The notes beneath the pieces are model-generated. The model was not told the DNA's origin, ran no database searches, and worked only from the letters and a program-made list of their open reading frames with translations. The position numbers were made by a program, and so were the translations under genes. This document shows positions 45,457 through 57,571 of a stretch of DNA of 64,000 bases, in pieces. Within the stretch, counting starts at the first letter, position 1, and every line of letters starts with the position of its first letter. The DNA is from an uncultured delta proteobacterium (lineage in GTDB: Bacteria > Myxococcota_A > Polyangia > Fen-1088), in assembly GCA_963767925.1 (NCBI GenBank), contig CAVYGB010000008.1, forward strand, positions 288,001-352,000, in the 5' to 3' direction.

Positions 45457-46338
45457 TCAGCGGGCCTCCGCCACGCGCAGCCGGTCCTCGACCAGCTTCA
45501 TCACCCGGTCGAGCAAGATGCCGACCAGCCCGATGGCCAGGATGCACAGGATGATGTGCTCGTAGATGAGGCTGTTGTACTCCTGCCAGAGGAAGCCGCC
45601 GATCCCGGGCGAGCCGGTCAACATCTCCACCGCCACGATGACCAGCCAGGCGATGCCGAGGCTGAGGCGGAACCCGGTGAACATGTAGGGCAGGGCGGCC
45701 GGCAGGAGCACCTTGCGGAAGGTCTTCCAGCGGGAGAGCTGCAGGACCCGGGCGACGTTGAGGTAGTCCTTGGGGATCGAGCGCACGCCGAGGGCGGTGT
45801 TGAGCACCGTGGGCCACATGGCGCAGACGGCGATGGTGAAGAGGGCGGCGGGATGGGAGCGCTCGAACAGCACCAGGCCCAGCGGCAGCCAGGCCAGCGG
45901 CGACACCGGCCGCAGCACCTGGATCAGGGGATCGAAGCTGCGGGCGAACAGGCGGGATCGCCCCAGCAGGAAGCCGAGGGGCGTCCCCACCAGCAGGGCG
46001 ATGGCGTACCCCTTGGCCACCAGCACCAGGGAATACCAGGCGAAGCGCAGGATTCCCTGGTCGAGCTCGCCCCGCTTGGCGAACGGATCGAGCACGTAGC
46101 TCTTGCTCACCTCCCAGGTCTTGGCCGGGGAGGGGAGGTTCTTCGACCAGGTGGCGCTGGAGAAGGCCCACAGCGCCAGCAAGGCCCCGAACCCCAGCAG
46201 GGGCAGGAGCAGGCCGGCGACCCGCGCCCCGGTGAAGAAGGGGGGACGCGGCGGGACCGCCGGGCCTTGGGGCTTCGACGTCGACGTCGAGTTGAAGGGG
46301 GTGGTCGGGAGGGGGGTCGGCAGCGGTGTCTGGAGCAT
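45457..46338 (-). CDS. nrtB: Nitrate/cyanate-type ABC transporter permease
   Basis: [39 protein letters not shown] and [20 protein letters not shown]. Confidence 0.88.
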   Translation of the reverse strand: MLQTPLPTPLPTTPFNSTSTSKPQGPAVPPRPPFFTGARVAGLLLPLLGFGALLALWAFSSATWSKNLPSPAKTWEVSKSYVLDPFAKRGELDQGILRFAWYSLVLVAKGYAIALLVGTPLGFLLGRSRLFARSFDPLIQVLRPVSPLAWLPLGLVLFERSHPAALFTIAVCAMWPTVLNTALGVRSIPKDYLNVARVLQLSRWKTFRKVLLPAALPYMFTGFRLSLGIAWLVIVAVEMLTGSPGIGGFLWQEYNSLIYEHIILCILAIGLVGILLDRVMKLVEDRLRVAEAR

Positions 46339-46352
46339 GGGGAGACCTCCGC

Positions 46353-47651
46353 TCAGGCCTTCAGGCTGTTGATCGCGTGGGCGGAGACGAACTTCTCCGG
46401 AGCCTTGGGGTCGAAGACCTTGCCGTCGAACATGGTCTCCGGACTGTCGTCGCGGCCCCCGTGCTGGTAGCCGATCTCCTTCATCGCCTCCTCGTAGATG
46501 TCGGGTCGGACGACCTGGCGGGCGATACCCTGGTAGTCGGGCGTGCCCTTCACCATCCCCCAGCGCTGGAACTGGGTCAGCCACCAGGTCACGTATTTGG
46601 GCTGGGGATAGTTGCAGTTGCGGGCGCTGAAGATCATGTAGTTGGGATCCTGCCTGGGCGGTCGCCCGTCCCCGTATTCGTATTTGCCCAGCATCCGCCC
46701 CAGGATGGTCTCCTTGGGACAGTTGATGTAGGTCGCTCGGGAGACGATCTCCGCCTGCTCGGGCCGGTTCTTCAGGTTGTCGAGCCAGACGCTGGCCTCG
46801 TGCAGGGCCTTGAGGACCGCCTTGACGGTGCGGGGGTTCTTGTCGGCGAACTCCGCGGTGAAGGCGCAGACCTTCTCCGGGTGGTCCTTCCAGAGGTCCT
46901 GGGAGTTGAGGGCGGTGAAGCCAATCCCGTCGGTGATCGCGCGGGCGTTCCAGGGCTCGCCCACGCAGAACCCGTCCATCTTGCCCACCTTCATGTTGGC
47001 CAACATCTGGGGCGGGGGGATGGTCACCAGGGCGACGTCCCGGTCGGGATTGATGCCGCCGGCGCCCAGCCAGTAGCGCATCCACATGGCGTGGGTCCCG
47101 GGCGGGAAGGTCATGGCGAAGGTCATCGGTGTCCCCTTGGCCTTGGCGTCCATGACCAGCGGCAGCAGGGCCCGGGGGTCGCCCTGGACCTTGCCCTTGA
47201 GCGCCGACTTCAGGGTGATCGACTGCCCGTTGCGGTTGAGCATCCAGGGGATGACCATCGGCCTCTTCGGCGCGCCCAGCAGCCCCATCGTGGAGGCGAT
47301 GGGCATGCCGATCAACATGTGGGTGGCCTGGTTGTCCCCGTTGGCCAGCGCGTCGCGGATGGCGGCCCAGTTCGCCCCCTTGGCGATGGTGGCGTTGATC
47401 CCGTACTTCTTGAAGAACCCCTTCTCGTGAGCGATCACGATGGGCGAGTTGTCGGTCAGGGCGATGATCCCGAAGCGCAGGTCGGGCGTCTCGGGGGCGT
47501 CGCTGGCCCAGGTCGCCTTGCAGGCGATCAGCTCGGCGGTGGTCAGGGCGGCGGCGCCCGTGGCCGCCTTGAGGAAACCTCGTCGAGACAGGGACCGTCG
47601 CGCCCTCTTCCTGGGCGGCCGCGTTCGGGGGCTCTTGCTCATGGTCGCCAT
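46353..47651 (-). CDS. nrtA: CmpA/NrtA family substrate-binding protein with Tat signal
   Basis: SRRGFLK, IIALTD, EKGFFKKYG, NRNGQSITL, AMTFPPGTH, GFCVGEPWN, DHPEKV and LTQFQRWG. Confidence 0.88.
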   Translation of the reverse strand: MATMSKSPRTRPPRKRARRSLSRRGFLKAATGAAALTTAELIACKATWASDAPETPDLRFGIIALTDNSPIVIAHEKGFFKKYGINATIAKGANWAAIRDALANGDNQATHMLIGMPIASTMGLLGAPKRPMVIPWMLNRNGQSITLKSALKGKVQGDPRALLPLVMDAKAKGTPMTFAMTFPPGTHAMWMRYWLGAGGINPDRDVALVTIPPPQMLANMKVGKMDGFCVGEPWNARAITDGIGFTALNSQDLWKDHPEKVCAFTAEFADKNPRTVKAVLKALHEASVWLDNLKNRPEQAEIVSRATYINCPKETILGRMLGKYEYGDGRPPRQDPNYMIFSARNCNYPQPKYVTWWLTQFQRWGMVKGTPDYQGIARQVVRPDIYEEAMKEIGYQHGGRDDSPETMFDGKVFDPKAPEKFVSAHAINSLKA

Positions 47652-47879
47652 GTTTTCCTTTTTCGAAAATCGCGCCGCGGGAAGACCTCGCCCGCCCGAG
47701 CGCAAGTGACGAGATCTTGAGTACGGTCCGGGCGATTTCGACCGTTCGCCACGGACGTAAATCCCTGGTAACCGCCGGGTCCACCTGGCGGAAATGCGTG
47801 TTCTCCTGCCCGAAACGCCCAGGACGACCGGCGGATCGAAGGCGTACGGACGGAGCGCTGGCTCGGTCGGGACCCGGAG

Positions 47880-48755
47880 TTACCCGAGCGCCAGGACGTC
47901 GACCGACACCTTCACCTCGTGGCGGCCGCCGCCGAGGATGACGCCCTTGAGAGGCGTGACGTCGGAGAAGTCGCGGCCGTAGGCCACCGTGACGTGCTCG
48001 TCGCTGGGGATGAGGTCGTTGGTGGGATCGAAGTCGACCCAGCCGAGATCGGGGACGAAGACGTTGATCCAGGCGTGCGAGGCGTCGGCGCCGATCAGCC
48101 GGGGCGGCCGGGCGGGGGGTGGGTGAGCAGGTAGCCGCTGACGTAGCGGACGGGCAGGCCCAGCCCGCGCAGCCCGGCGATCTGCAGGTGCGCGAAGTCC
48201 TGGCAGACGCCGCGCCGGCGCCGGAAGCACCTCCGTCAGCGGGGTGCTCACGTCGGTGGCCTCGGCGTCGTAGACGAAGTCGCTGCGAATGCGGCTGGTC
48301 AGCTCACGCACCCCTTCGAGCATCGGGCGCCCCGGCGGGAAAGACGGCGCGGCGTAGTCGCGCAGGGCGGGGGTGCTCTTGACCAGCGGCGAGTCGAACA
48401 CGAACCCGTAGGCGTCGAGCAGATCGCGCCGGCGGTCCTGGCTCACCCGGTCGCGCACCAGCTCCCAGGGGGGGCTGGCGCTCAGCGAGGGAGGGTCCAG
48501 GGGCGTCAGGTCGACCACGCTGGTGGTGACGACCTCGAGCGAGCGGTGCGGCTCGCGCAGGCTGAAGTGAAGGGCGCGGTTGCCGAAGTAGTCGAAGCGC
48601 TCGCGGCGCAGCGAGGGAGATGGGGTGATGGCGACGTCGTGGACCAGGGTCCGGCGGCCCTCGCCGTCGCGGGGGGCCAGGTGGGCCTCGTGGTGGGAGG
48701 TCGACACCGGCTCGCTGTAAACGTACCCGGTGCGGTGAACCACCCGCAGCTTCAC
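47880..48755 (-). CDS. Transglutaminase family protein (Bact_transglu_N plus core); compensating frameshifts at about 48110-48235
   Basis: [12 protein letters not shown] and DYFGN; catalytic GVCQDFAH in a shifted frame; SHAW, FDPTN and [14 protein letters not shown]. Confidence 0.85.
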   Translation of the reverse strand: MKLRVVHRTGYVYSEPVSTSHHEAHLAPRDGEGRRTLVHDVAITPSPSLRRERFDYFGNRALHFSLREPHRSLEVVTTSVVDLTPLDPPSLSASPPWELVRDRVSQDRRRDLLDAYGFVFDSPLVKSTPALRDYAAPSFPPGRPMLEGVRELTSRIRSDFVYDAEATDVSTPLTEVLPAPARRLPGLRAPADRRAARAGPARPLRQRLPAHPPPARPPRLIGADASHAWINVFVPDLGWVDFDPTNDLIPSDEHVTVAYGRDFSDVTPLKGVILGGGRHEVKVSVDVLALG

Positions 48756-51433
48756 GGCTCGCCCCGTTCCTGCTCTTGCCCCAGATACTCCTCGTCGGGC
48801 AAGGGGAGGTGCAGCGATCCCAGGTTGCGGGAGACGGCGGCGTGGCTGAGGTAGCTCGAGGAGAGCGAGTCCGACAGGGCGGGGAGCTGCTCCGACAGGC
48901 GGACCAGGAGCGCCTCGAGGGTGGCCCGCTTGCCGCCGGCGCCGATGATGGCCAGGGCATCGGCGTCGGCGAGCTGCAGCTCGGCCTGGGCGGCGATCGC
49001 GATCCGTTGCTGGGGCGTGCGGGTGCCCCGCCGCGCCCGGCGTGGGCAGGGCCGCCAGGTGGTCGACCAGGGCGTGGAGCTGGAAGAACACCGACCGGGG
49101 GTTCGTCTCGTCGATGAGCAGCAGGTCCAGCACCGGCGCCACCTGCAGGTTGGCCAGGTACCGCCGGCGGTAGGTCATGCCGCTGTCGGCCACCTCGAGG
49201 ATGGCCTCCAGCAGCGGCGCCTCGCTCTGGTCGACGAGGGTGCCATGGATGAGGAGGACCAGGGTCGTCGCCCGTTCCATGCGGCGGCCCATGTCGAGGA
49301 ACCGCCAGGCCTGCCCGCGGGTCATGCTCTCGGTGGCCAGGCCGGCGAAGGCGGCCAGCGCCAGCACGGTCCGGTCGAGGCGGGCGGCCTCGGCGCCGTC
49401 GGGGCCGACCCGGGCCGGGGGACGCCGGGCCGGGGCGCTCCCCCCGGCGGGGCGTCAAGCTCGTCGTCGAGGGCGGTCAACACCCGCCAGGTGTCGGCGG
49501 AGAGGCGGTCGCGCACGGTGCGCGCCACCCGCAGCACCTTCTGGATGACGGCCGCCAGGCTGCCCTCGTGGCGATCGAAGAGCCGCGCCAGGAGCTGCTC
49601 CTCCGTGATGGAAGCGGCCGCCGGGGGCAAGGCGGCCGGACCACCGCCGACCTCGAAGGGGGCGGGGGCTCCCATCGCCAGGTCGGTCTGGGCGGCCAGC
49701 GCGCCGACCAGGAGCTGCAACCCCGAGCTCTGCCAGAGGCCCTTGCTCGGCCGGGGCGTCCCGCAGGCGCGCCATCGTGACCCGGGCCAGGCGGGCGATC
49801 GCCTCGGCCCGCTCGGCGTAGCGGCCCAGCCAGTACAGGTTGTCGGCCACCCGGCTCGGCAGGTCGCCGCCTCCCCGCGACAGCTCCACCGCGTGGCTGG
49901 CGGGCGGCAGCAGGCTGAACGAGCTGGCGGGCCCCGAGGAGAGCACCCAGGTGTCCTTGCTGCCGGCGCCCACCTGCATCGACACCTCGGGGTTGTCGGC
50001 CGTGCGCGCCACCCGGGCCAGGGCGCCCGGCATCACGGTGTAGCGGCCCCGCGAGGCCACCGCGTAGGCCCGCAACACCAGCGCGCGCGGGGACCAGATT
50101 TTCCCCGGACAGCAGCGGGGTGGTGGAGGCTTGCAAGTGCTCCTGGGCCACCCACTCGCGCGGGGTGGCCAGCACGCGCGCCCGCAGGGTCTCGCGCTCG
50201 GAGGCCGACAGCGCGCTCACGAACACCGGGTGGGTGAACCCCTCGGCGAAGGCCGGTTTGATGACGAACGAATCGAACCGATCGAGGACCAGGGGCAAGG
50301 CCCGGGCGTCGCCGCACCAGTAGGTCTCGGCCGAGGCGAGCTTGCAGCTCCTCGCCCAGCAAGTGGCGGGAGACGGCGCGGCAGGTAAGGCAGGAAGGCC
50401 GCGCGTCTGCACGAGCCCGGTGCCCGAGCGGGTTGGCCACGGCCACGTTCCCCTGGCGGACGGCCTGCGACCAGCCCCGGCACCCCGAGCACCGACTCCT
50501 GGCCGCAGCTCGAGCGGGTCGCAGTAGTCGTCGTTCACCCGCCGCAGGATGACGTCCACCGGCTGCAGGCCCGACAGGGTCTTGAGGTAGACGCGGTCGT
50601 CCCGCACGGTGAGGTCGCCGCCGCTGGCCAGGGTGTAGCCCAGGTACTGGGCCAGGTAGGCCTGCTCGAAGTAGGTGGCGTTGTAGGGCCCCGGGCGTGA
50701 GCAGCACGACCCGCGGGTTGTCGCGGTTGTAGCGGCGCCAGGCCGGCCAGGGTCTCCTGCAGCGCCCGGAAGAAGAGCGCCAGGCGCTCGACGTTGCAGC
50801 TCGCGGAACAGGCTCGGGCAGCGACGCTGCGACACGACGATCCGGTTCTCGAGGGCGTAGCCCGCGCCCGAGGGGGCCTGGGTGCGATCGGCGAGGGCCC
50901 GCCAGCGCGACCGTCGGCCGCGCACCAGATCGACGCCGTAGAGCGGCAGCCAGCAGGTCGCGGGGCAGCCGCAGGCCGTGGCAAGGCGCGCAGGAAACTG
51001 GGGTGGCTCGAAGATCAGCTCGGGGGGCAGCCAGCCCTCGGTCAGCGACGCGCTGCGGACCGTAGAGATCGGCCAGCAGCAGATCGAGCAGCCGCGCGCG
51101 CTGGGCCACCCCCTCGGCCAGCCCGGTCCACTCCTCGGCGGCCGATGAGCACCGGGACGGGCGACAGGCTCCAGGGGCGCTCCATGCCCCGCGGATCGCC
51201 GTAGACGTTGTAGCTGACCCCGTTTTCGTGCAGCAGGTGGCGGGCCTTCTGCCAGCGCCGCTCGCAGCTCGGCCGGCCCCAGCGCCGACGAGCCGCTCGA
51301 GGAAACGCCGCCAGTGCGGGCGCACCTCACCCGTCGGGGCCAGGATCTCGTCGTGCACCCCGGCCGGCGGTGCGTAGCCGGCCAGCAGGCCGCCGGTTGG
51401 CGACCTGGGAGCCGGCGAGGAGGGAGCCAACAT
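48752..51433 (-). CDS. Circularly permuted type 2 ATP-grasp fused to alpha-E (DUF403) domain; many frameshifts
   Basis: Segments across frames: HDE...[103 protein letters not shown] and DETNPRSV. Confidence 0.8.
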
Positions 51434-51437
51434 CTGC

Positions 51438-54400
51438 TCAGTAATGTAACGTGTCTGACGTGCGGGCGGGGGCCGCCGAGGCGTCGATTCCCTGGGCGGC
51501 GCCCGCCAGGCGCAGGTCCAGCGTGTGCGGCAGCTCGGGATTGCGCTCCTCGACGGGGTGGTCCACCGGCCCGGGGCTGTGACCGAAGGGGAAGAAGCGG
51601 GACACCCGTCGGCTCTCTGCCTCCAGCGCGTTGGCGGGAAGGTGATCGTGGGACCGCCCCCCGGGATGAGCGACATGGTAGGTGCAGCCGCCCAGCGAAC
51701 GTCCGGCCCAGGTGTCGATCACGTCGAACACGAGCGGGGCGTGCACGCCGATGTGCGGGTGCAACGCGGAAGGCGGCTGCCAGGCGCGGTAGCGCACCCC
51801 GCCGACCTGCTCCTCGCGGGTGCCGGTGGCTGCCAGCGGCACCCGGCGCCCGTTGCAGGTCACCACGTGGCGCTCGCTCGGTCGTCGCCGCGCACCCGCA
51901 CCTGCAGGCGCTCGACCGAGGAGTCGACGAAGCGCGCCATTGCCGCCGCCGCCCGTCTCCTCGCCCAGCACGTGCCAGGGCTCGAGGGCCTGGCGCAGCT
52001 CGAGCTCGAGGCCACCGACTGCCACCCGGCCGTAGACCGGGAAGCGGAACTCGAAGTGGGGCGCGAACCAGCCGCCGCTCGAAGGGGAAGCCGCGCGCGC
52101 CGCGAGGTCGCCCAGCACGTCGGCGAAGTCCTGCGGCCACGTAGTGGGGCAACATGAAGCGATCGACGAGCGAGGTGCCCCAGCGCACCGGCGGCCGGCG
52201 CGTAGGGCTCGCGCCAGAACCAGCGCCATCAGCGCCCGCACCAGCAGCTGGGCGGCGGCGCTCATGCGGGCGTCGGGCGGCATCTCGAAGGCGCGCAGCT
52301 CGAGCAGACCCTGGCGCCCGCTGGCGCTGTCCGGGCTGTACAGCTTGTCGATGCACAGCTCGGTGCGGTGGGTGTTGCCGGTGACGTCGACGAAGAGATT
52401 GCGGAACAGCCGATCGACGAGCCAGGGCCGGGTCTCGCCGCCGTCCCCGGCGGTGAGCTGGCGCAGGGCGATCTCCAGCTCGTAGAGGGAGTCGTGGCGG
52501 GCCTCGTCCACGCGCGGGCGCCTGGCTGGTGGGGCCGATGAACAGCCCCGAGAACAGATAAGAGAGCGAGGGGTGGTTCAGCCAGTAGCTGGCCAGGCTG
52601 CCCAGCAGGTCGGGCCGGCGCAGCAGCGGGCTGTCGGCCGGCGTGGGACCGCCCAGCACGAGGTGGTTGCCACCGCCGGTGCCGGTGTGGCGGCCGTCGA
52701 GCATGAACTTCTCGGTGCCCAGCCGGAGCTTGTGCGCCTCCTCGTAGAGGGCCTGGGTGTTGTCCACCAGCTCGCGCCAGGAGCGCGGCGGGGTGGATGT
52801 TCACCTCGATCACGCCCGGGATCGGGCGTCACCTGCAGCTTCTGCAGGCGGTGATCGCTGGGGGGCTGGTAGCCCTCGAGCCGCACCGGACGTTTCAGCT
52901 CGGCGGCGGTCTCCTCGACGGCGGCGACCAGCGCGAGGTACTCCTCGAGCGGTGGCCAGGGGCGGCAAGAACAGGTGCAACATGCCCTGGCGGGGCTCGA
53001 CGCAGAGGGCGGTGCGCACCAGCCCGGCGGCCGAGCGCCCCGGCGCGGGTGGGCGGGACGGTCGTGGCGCGGGCGGCAGCCCCTGCCCCGGTGGGCGGGT
53101 CGAGCGCCTGCCCGGGGCGACAGCGCCTGGCGGGGGGCGAAGGGATCGCGCTCGATGGGCAGGCTGCGCTCCTCGGCCTTGGCCCAGGGGAGCGAATCGA
53201 GGGGCAGCCGGAAGCCCATCGGCGAATCGCCGGGCAAGAGGTAGAGGCGCTCGTCGCGCAGGAACCAGGGTCCGCTGTCGAAGCGCACCGGCGATCCCTC
53301 CGGATCGGAGTCGGCGGCCAGCGGCAGCACCAGGCCGATCGGGTTGCTCAGCCCCTGCTCGAACACGCGGCACAGGCGCGACGCGCTCCTGGGCGTCATC
53401 GAGGCGGGCGTCGAACGGATCGACGTTGACCGGCAGCCGCCGCTCGCGCCACAGGTAGTAGAAGACGTCTTCGTAGCCGGGCAGCAGGAGCGATCGGTCG
53501 ACGCCCAGGCGCGCGCAGAGGGCATCGGCGAAGGCCTGCGTCTCGGGCAGGCCGGCCGGAGCTCCGGCTCCCTCGTCGGCGATAGAGGGACGGGTCGCGC
53601 CAGATGGGCTCGCCGTCCTTGCGGAAGTAGCAGCGAGATACGCCCAGCGGGGCAGGGGCTCGCCCGGGTACCACTTGCCCTGGCCGTGGTGCAGAAGCCC
53701 TCCGGGCGCGAAGCGCCGCTGCAGCTTGCGCGGCCAGGTGCTGTCGGCGGCTGCAGCTTGCTCGGGCCCAGCGGCGGCGGTGTTCCACTCCTCGCCCTCG
53801 CGGTCGTCGATCGACACGAAGGTCGGCTCGCCGCCCATCGTGAGGCGGACGTCCTGCCGCTGCGAGCGTCTCGCTCCACCTGATCGCCGCAGCGGCAGGA
53901 TGGCCTGCCAGGTCTTCTCGTCGTACGGCTTGGTCGGGCGGGGCGGGTCGTCGAGGCGCGCGCACCTCCATGGCGAAGGAGAACGCCTCGCCCAGCTTCT
54001 CGTCCTCGTTGCGCTTGTCCCAGCTGAACGAGCCGCGTGATGGGGGCGGCGCTGGCTCGGCTCGGCGGTGCAGGCCAGGGGGATGTGCCCTTCGCCGCAC
54101 ATCAGGCCGCTGGTGGCGTCGAGCCCCACCCAGCCCGCGCCCGGCAGGTAGACCTCCGCCCAGGCGTGCAGATCGGTGACGTCCTCGGCGACGCCCTGCG
54201 GTCCGCTCGCCGGCTTTTGCGATCGGCGCGTGAGCTGGATCGAGTAGCCCGAGACGAAGCGGGCGGCGAACCCCAGGCGGCGCAGCAGCTGCACCAGCAA
54301 CCAGGCGAAGTCGCGGCAGGAGCCGTGGCCGCGGGTCAAGGTCTCCTCGGGCGCTGAACACCCCCGGCTCCATGCGCACGTCGTAGCGGAGCGCGCGCTG

Positions 54401-54871
54401 GACCAGCCGGTTGATGTCGACCAGCACGTCGACGGTGCGCCGCCCGGCCAGGGCGATGCCCTCCCGGGCCCGCTCGCAGAAGCTGCGCGAACTGCCGGCC
54501 GCCCGTCGACCAGCGCCAGGTAGGGCTGCAGCTCGATCTGGGAGGCGGGCGTCGTAACGCAGGGGCAGCTTCTCCGCCTGCTCGTCGAGGAAGAAGTCGA
54601 ACGGATTGATGGTCGTCAGGTCGGCGACCAGGTCGACCTCGACCCGCAGCTCGGGCGCCGGGCTGGGGAACACCAGGCGGGCCTGGTGGTTGCCGAAGGG
54701 GTCCTGCTGCCAGTTCAGAAAGTGTTCGGCCGGCGAGACCCGCAGCGAATACGCGACGATGGGCGTGCGACAGTGGGGTGCCGGGCGCAGGCGCACGACG
54801 TGCGGCGAGAACTTGACCGGCCGGTCATACCGATAGGAGGTGACGTGGTTGAGGGCGATGCGAATGGCCAT
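51438..54871 (-). CDS. Transglutaminase-DUF2126 (putative COOH-NH2 ligase) fusion protein; many frameshifts
   Basis: [105 protein letters not shown] and YHVAHPGG. Confidence 0.85.
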
Positions 54872-55031
54872 GGGTACGGATCCGGTAGCTCCCTTCCGAG
54901 CGCAAGCGGGATTTGGGCAGATTAGGGAGCCGCCTGTAAACGGGAGATTTCCAAGCCGACAAAACGGCGTAAACATGCAACCCGACCAGTCAAAGCGACC
55001 GCCGCTTCTGATTACATGTCGGGAAAAGGGG

Positions 55032-56524
55032 ATGGGCGACCCTGTGCTTTTTCAAGGCTACCAACCACTAGACGGGACCTACGACGAGATGATCGACGGC
55101 GAGCGGGTCGCCGCGGCCGGCTGCTCGGCGGGCGGTCGCGCATGCTGGACCGGCTGTCGCCGGGCGAGTTCGGACAGGCCCAGGCCCTGGCCGAGCTGTC
55201 GCTGTTCAACCAGGGCGTGACCTTCTCGGTCTACTCGGACAAGCGGGGGACGGAGAAGATCTTCCCCATCTGCCTGTGTCCGCGGGTGATCGCGGCCGAG
55301 GAGTGGGCCCGGGTCGAGCGCGGCCTGGCCCAGCGGATCGCCGCGCTCTGCGCGTTCCTCGACGACGTGTACGGCGATCAGCTCATCTTCAAGTCCGGCA
55401 ACGGCGTGCAGCGGGCGCGCTTCCCGGCCGACCTCATCCTGGGGGCCAAGTTCTTCCTGCCCAAGCTGCGGGGGCTGCGTCCGCCGGGTGGCGTGCGCAT
55501 CCCCATCGCCGGCATCGACCTCATCCGCGGACCCGACGGCGAGTTCCGGGTGCTGGAGGACAACGTGCGCACCCCTTCGGGCGTCTCCTACGTGGTCGAG
55601 AACCGGCTGGTCACCAAGCGCATCTTCCAGGGCGCGGTCGACGAGAACGCGGTCCGCCCGGTCGAGCAGTACCCCACTGCAGCTGCGCCGAGACGCTGCG
55701 GGCCCTGTCGCCCGACGACCCGGCGACCCGCGGCGTGGTGCTGCTGACGCCGGGCCCCTTCAACTCGGCCTACTTCGAGCACACCTTCCTGGCGCGGACC
55801 ATGGGCATCGAGCTGGTCGAGCCCGGCGATCTCTTCGTGGAGGAGGACACGGTCTTCGTGCGCACCACCTACGGTCCGCAGCGGGTGCACGTCATCTACC
55901 GGCGCATCGACGACGCCTACCTCGATCCCGAGTTCTTCCGCCCCGACAGCATGCTCGGCGTGCCGGGGCTGATGCGGTCCTACGCCGCCGGCCGGGTCAC
56001 GCTGGTCAACGCCCCCGGCAACGGCTGCGCCGACGACAAGGCGGTCTACCCCTTCGTCCCCGACATGATCCGCTACTACCTCGGCGGAGGAGCCCATCCT
56101 GGCCCAGGTCGACACCTACGTGTGCGCCCGCCCGGACGACCTGCGCTACGTCGTCGAGAACATCGGCAAGCTGGTGGTCAAGGCGGTCGACGAGGCCGGT
56201 GGCTACGGCATGTTGATGGGCCCCCAGGCCAGCGCCAGCCGAGCGCGAGGAGTTCCGGGCCCGCGTGCTGGCCGAGCCCCGCCGTTACATCGCCCAGCAT
56301 CGGGTCGAGCTGTCGACCTGCCCCACCTGGGATCCCGGAGCGGGGCAAGCTGGCCCCCCGGCGGGTCGACCTGCGCCCCTTCATCCTCACCCGTCCCTCC
56401 GGCTCCTGGGTGCTGCCGGGCGGCCTGACCCGGGTGGCCCTCGTCGAGGGCTCTTACATCGTGAACTCCAGCCAGGGCGGCGGCTCGAAGGACACCTGGG
56501 TCCAGAGAGGAGAGCGGCCCATGA
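55032..56524 (+). CDS. Circularly permuted type 2 ATP-grasp protein; several frameshifts
   Basis: [74 protein letters not shown] and [13 protein letters not shown]. Confidence 0.85.
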
Positions 56525-57528
56525 TTTCGCGGGTAGCCGATCACTGCTTCTGGTTCGGCCGCTACGTCGACCGGGCCGAGAGCACCACCCGCCTGCTGCA
56601 GGCGACGCGCACGCTGGTGTTCGACGCGGACATCCCGGTGACCCAGTGCTGGCAGCCGCTCGTGATCGTCTCGGGCGAATTCCCCGCCTTCCTCGAGCGC
56701 CACGGCGACGAATCGGCGGGCAACGGCGAGGTGGTGCAGAGCTACATGACCTGGGACCGGGACAACCTGGTGAGCCTGCGCAGCAGCGTCAACGGGGCCC
56801 GGGAGAGCGCCCGGGTGATCCGCGACGTGCTGTCGCTCGAGGCCTGGGAAGAGGTCAACGAGCTGTACCTGTGGCTGGGGGGCGCGGAGGCCCAGCGGCT
56901 GTACCGGGAGAACCGGGAGCAGTTCTATCGGCGGGTCCGCAAGTCGACCCAGCTCGTGCTGGGGCTCGTGCGCAGCACGATGTTGCACGACGCCCCCATG
57001 AGCTTCCTCTGGATGGGGGCCATGCTCGAGCGCATGGGCCAGACCGCGCGCATCCTCGACATGCACCACCACACCATGTCCCTGGATCCGGCCGTCGAGC
57101 CGAGCAAGGAGGCGGCCCACCAGATCGTCGAGGTGGCCCTCTGGCTGTCGCTGCTGCGGGCCTGCTCGGGCTACGAGGCCTTCGTCAAGAAGTACCAGGG
57201 CCGGGTCACCGCCCAGGCGGTGGTCTCTTTCCTGCTGTTCGACACCCAGTTTCCCCGGTCGTTGCGCTATTGCCTGCGTTCGGCCCGCAAGATCCTCCAG
57301 GACATCTGGCCGCCCTCGGCCGGCCGGGAGATCGGGCGGCGCTCGCAGGAGCGCCTCGACGAGCTGGGCGCCTGGCTCGATGGCCAGGCCGCGGCCCTCG
57401 AGCCGGGGGGTGTGCACCAGGTGCTCACCCACGTCGTCGACGAGACCGCCCGCATCTGCATCTCGGTAGGAGAAGAGATCCTGGGACCGGAGACCGTGGC
57501 GGTCGCTTCCCAGAGTCAAAGTCAGTAA
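56521..57528 (+). CDS. Alpha-E domain protein (DUF403)
   Basis: [36 protein letters not shown] and FPRSL. GAGGAG lies upstream of the ATG; ends ASQSQSQ. Confidence 0.88.
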   Translation: MISRVADHCFWFGRYVDRAESTTRLLQATRTLVFDADIPVTQCWQPLVIVSGEFPAFLERHGDESAGNGEVVQSYMTWDRDNLVSLRSSVNGARESARVIRDVLSLEAWEEVNELYLWLGGAEAQRLYRENREQFYRRVRKSTQLVLGLVRSTMLHDAPMSFLWMGAMLERMGQTARILDMHHHTMSLDPAVEPSKEAAHQIVEVALWLSLLRACSGYEAFVKKYQGRVTAQAVVSFLLFDTQFPRSLRYCLRSARKILQDIWPPSAGREIGRRSQERLDELGAWLDGQAAALEPGGVHQVLTHVVDETARICISVGEEILGPETVAVASQSQSQ

Positions 57529-57571
57529 GCGGTCGCCGCCGGACCGCAACGACGTCAGTCAGGAGCGAAGC

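Noticed and set aside
47652..47879. Riboswitch or ANTAR hairpins upstream of nrtA
   Set aside because: No recognisable guanidine-riboswitch or twin ANTAR hairpin motif on the coding strand by eye. An Rfam scan would settle it.
54964..54980. Sigma-54 promoter for the ATP-grasp operon
   Set aside because: GG to GC spacing is 9 nt rather than the required 10.
55276..57528. Genuine in-frame fusion of ATP-grasp and alpha-E
   Set aside because: An RBS-like GAGGAG and an ATGA at 56521 suggest two coupled genes joined by one indel in an error-rich zone. Not resolvable without reads.
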